A stretch of DNA of 64,000 nucleotides, taken from the NCBI GenBank assembly GCA_964016885.1, contig OZ024763.1, forward strand, positions 11,532,001-11,596,000. The letters are read 5' to 3'. The notes below the pieces were generated by a model, which made no database searches, was not told the origin of the DNA, and worked only from the letters and a program-made list of their open reading frames with translations. A program made the translations under genes and the position numbers. Below, in pieces: positions 60,588 through 64,000 of the stretch; the stretch's first letter is position 1; every line of letters starts with the position of its first letter. This stretch comes from Eledone cirrhosa (lineage: Eukaryota).

Positions 60588-62353
60588 CACACCACCTTAC
60601 CAAACTACACACCACCTTGTCAGGCTACACACCACCTTACCATACACACTACCTTACCAGGCTACACACTACCTTACCAGGCTACACACCACCTTGCCAG
60701 GCTACACACCACCTTGCCAGGCTACACACCACCTTGCCAGCCTACACACCACCTTGCCAGCCTACACACCACCTTGCCAGGCTACACACCACCTTGCCAG
60801 ACTACACACCACCTTACCAGGCTACACACCACCTTACCAGGCTACACACCACCTTGCCAGGCTACACACTACCTTACCAGGCTACACACTACCTTACCAG
60901 ACTACACACCACCTTGCCAGGCTACACACTACCTTACCAGACTACACACTACCTTACCAGACTACACACCACCTTGCCAGGCTACACACTACCTTACCAG
61001 ACTACACACCACCTTGCCAGGCTACACACTACCTTACCAGACTACACACCACCTTGCCAGGCTACACACTACCTTACCAGACTACACACCACCTTGCCAG
61101 GCTACACACTACCTTACCAGGCTACACACTACCTTACCAGGCTACACACCACCTTACCAGACTACACACCACCTTGCCAGGCTACACACTACCTTACCAG
61201 ACTACACACTACCTTACCAGACTACACACCACCTTGTCAGGCTACACACCACCTTGTCAGGCTACACACCACCTTGTCAGGCTACACACCACCTTGTCAG
61301 ACTACACACCACCTTACCAGACTACACACCACCTTGTCAGACTACACACCACCTTACCAGACTACACACCACCTTACCAGGCTACACACTACCTTACCAG
61401 ACTACACACCACCTTGCCAGGCTACACACTACCTTACCAGACTACACACCACATTGCCAGGCTACACACTACCTTACCAGACTACACACCACCTTGCCAG
61501 GCTACACACTACCTTACCAGACTACACACCAGCTTGTCAGGCTACACACCACCTTACCAGGCTACACACCACCTTACCAGACTACACACCACCTTGTCAG
61601 ACTACACACTACCTTACCAGACTACACACCACCTTGTCGGGCTACGCACCACCTTGTCAGGCTACACACCACCTTGCCAGACTACACACCACCTTGCCAG
61701 ACTACACACTACCTTACCAGACTACACACCACCTTGCCAGGCTACACGCTACCTTGCCAGACTACACACTACCTTACCAGACTACACACCACCTTGTCAG
61801 ACTACACACCACCTTGTCAGACTACACACCACCTTGTCAGACTACACACCACCTTGTCAGACTACACACCACTTTGTCAGACTACACACCACCTTGTCAG
61901 GCTACGCACCACCTTGTCAGGCTACACACCACCTTGTCAGGCTACACACTACCTTACCAGACTACGCACCACCTTGGCAGACTACGCACCACCTTGTCAG
62001 ACTACGCACCACCTTGGCAGACTACACACCACCTTGGCAGACTACACACCACCTTGGCAGACTACACACCACCTTGGCAGACTACACACCACCTTGGCAG
62101 ACTACACACCACCTTGGCAGACTACACACCACCTTGGCAGACTACACACCACCTTGCCAGGCTACACACCACCTTGTCAGACTACACACCACCTTACCAG
62201 GCTACACACCACCTTGTCAGACTACGCACCACCTTGGCAGACTACACACCACCTTGTCAGACTACACACCACCTTGTCAGACTACACACCACCTTGTCAG
62301 ACTACACACCAACTTATCAGACTACACACCACCTTGTCAGACTACACACCACC
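60588..62353. repeat. 20-bp minisatellite (RCTACACACYACCTTRYCAG) x~88
   Basis: Directly visible; stop-free in three frames, giving 628-654-aa artefactual ORFs. Confidence 0.97.
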
Positions 62354-62461
62354 TGCAACAGCCACCCTTCTCGCGGGGCCCCTTCCTCAGACAGATGTTC
62401 CAATCTTGTGGTGGAGCTCGACTGTACGGGGTCCGAGTACTCCTGAAATCTCGACGACGAC
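62353..62461 (-). CDS. Weak candidate internal exon (109 nt)
   Basis: GC-rich island; acceptor CTTCCTCTTCGCACAG|, open frame SSSRFQEYSDPVQSSSTTRLEHLSEEGAPREGWLLQ, weak donor CAG|GTGGTG. Confidence 0.2.
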
Positions 62462-63076
62462 CTGTGCGAAGAGGAAGCGGCCGTACAGTCCCCGGTATTT
62501 GTTTATATAACTACTACAAGGTATTTAATCCGACATCCCTAACGTCCCTCTCTATTTACCGTATAATTAGAACTTCCGCCAAATTCTGTTGTTCTTGAAA
62601 TTGTGTCGTTGTTTTTTTTAATTACCATTCTGTGAGAGAGGAACTGGAAAATATCCAAAGATTTAGAGTGAATTCTAATGGAATGGCAGAATGACGGTGT
62701 AGCAGAATAGTCGGATAGTTAATAATTGAAGAGCGATAAATCTTTCAGTTAATTATCTGTGACACTGTAAACTATATGGAATGGACCTCCGGCGGTGGCG
62801 ACGATAGGTGTTCCTATTGTTTAATCAGTGATACAGCTTACTCATGAAATTGACGCGCAGGTGAGTGAACATTCCAGACGTGTGAATATTTAATGTAATT
62901 CTACGAGAGATTCAGTGAGACACAGCGAGTCACGCTGTGTCACAGTGTGACACAGCGTGCCACAAGATTGGCACACACACACCTTCACTTCCTCCAAGCG
63001 TCAACCTAATATGACTTTGTAATTCTGCATCCCTGCGTTTGTTTTGTTTTATTTCCTTTATATATATAATATATTC

Positions 63077-63141
<65 letters not shown>

Positions 63142-63453
63142 GATAAATCTACCAAGAGTTTACGGTAGTGTCCAATCCGTATGAAGAACTCAATGTATTC
63201 CGGATATCATGGAAAGAAGAGATGTAATGAAAAATCACTTTCGGTGAAAGATAAACGGTATACAGAGTCAAGATAAAATATTAAACAAATAATGAATAAA
63301 CAATGAAACAGTTCCTTATATTAAACAAAAAAAGTTCATTATTTAACGATCGTTTCTAGGATATATATGTGTTAGAATTGGCATGTATATTCAACAGATC
63401 TATGTACAAAATTATACAAAATTATACAAACTATCAAGATTAAATATACATAC

Positions 63454-63500
<47 letters not shown>

Positions 63501-63511
63501 CTATTCATGTA

Positions 63512-63560
<49 letters not shown>

Positions 63561-63562
<2 letters not shown>

Positions 63563-64000
63563 CAATATCCAATATAATGTTACGGCTCCTAATAATATAA
63601 ATTCTCATAAATGTAATTGTAGAAATAAATCTAACTGTCCTCTAAATAATAACTGTTTAGTTAAAAATATAGTATACAATTGTAGTGTCAAAACCAATGA
63701 AAATTCCTTTAACTATATCGGCTCTACTTCCACAGACTTCAAATCTCGTTTCAATAACCATAAATGTTCCTTTACGAATATTGGTAAAAAAATCTTCAAC
63801 TTCTCTATCCAACTTATTATGGAATTTAAAATCCAAGAATATTAACTATTCTTTATTTTGGGAAATTATCTCCAAAGCTCCTTCATGCACGGCTCTATCC
63901 AAAAATTGCTCCCTTTGCGTTGAAGAAATATTCTTTATACTAAAAAGTAAGAACTCTATTAATTTGCGAAATAATTTATTTAGTTCTTGTAAACATCGTT
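63561..64000 (+). mobile_element. 5'-truncated Penelope-like element, GIY-YIG endonuclease domain (frameshifted), starting in (TA)n
   Basis: CNCRNKSNCPL (CxCx5C) ... NIVY ... YIGST ... FKSRFNNH; after a frameshift in the A-run at ~63790, STSLSNLLWNLK...WEII...CSLCVEE...INLRNNLFSSCKHR. Confidence 0.88.

Noticed and set aside
60546-62598. Three overlapping ~630-650-aa ORFs
   Set aside because: 20-bp minisatellite open in all three frames.

Overview
Eukaryotic, very AT-rich, microsatellite-saturated DNA. The SINE content and (TA)n/(CATA)n/(GATA)n landscape look like a coleoid cephalopod (octopus) genome; this is inference. Almost every long ORF in the track is a simple-repeat artefact, and no intact host protein-coding gene is recognisable; there is only a candidate promoter/first exon near 40.4 kb and a weak candidate exon near 62.4 kb. 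The non-simple sequence is mostly transposon debris: an R4/Dong-like RLE LINE fragment, a stack of Tx1-like L1 fragments, a CR1 fragment, bipartite RTE-derived elements, a deleted mariner, two hAT elements with 8-bp TSDs, several tRNA-derived SINEs, a Penelope-like GIY-YIG fragment, and large mini/satellites. The main hidden signal is a set of small (TA)n-embedded fold-back elements. Several unrelated families carry type I hammerhead ribozymes (one shows compensatory base changes between copies), and one carries a 72-nt tRNA-like cloverleaf. All six fold-backs are head-to-head and usually asymmetric. A second pattern is that three endonuclease classes of retroelement each sit in their own microsatellite motif: Penelope-like in TA, R4 in CATA, Tx1 in GATA.
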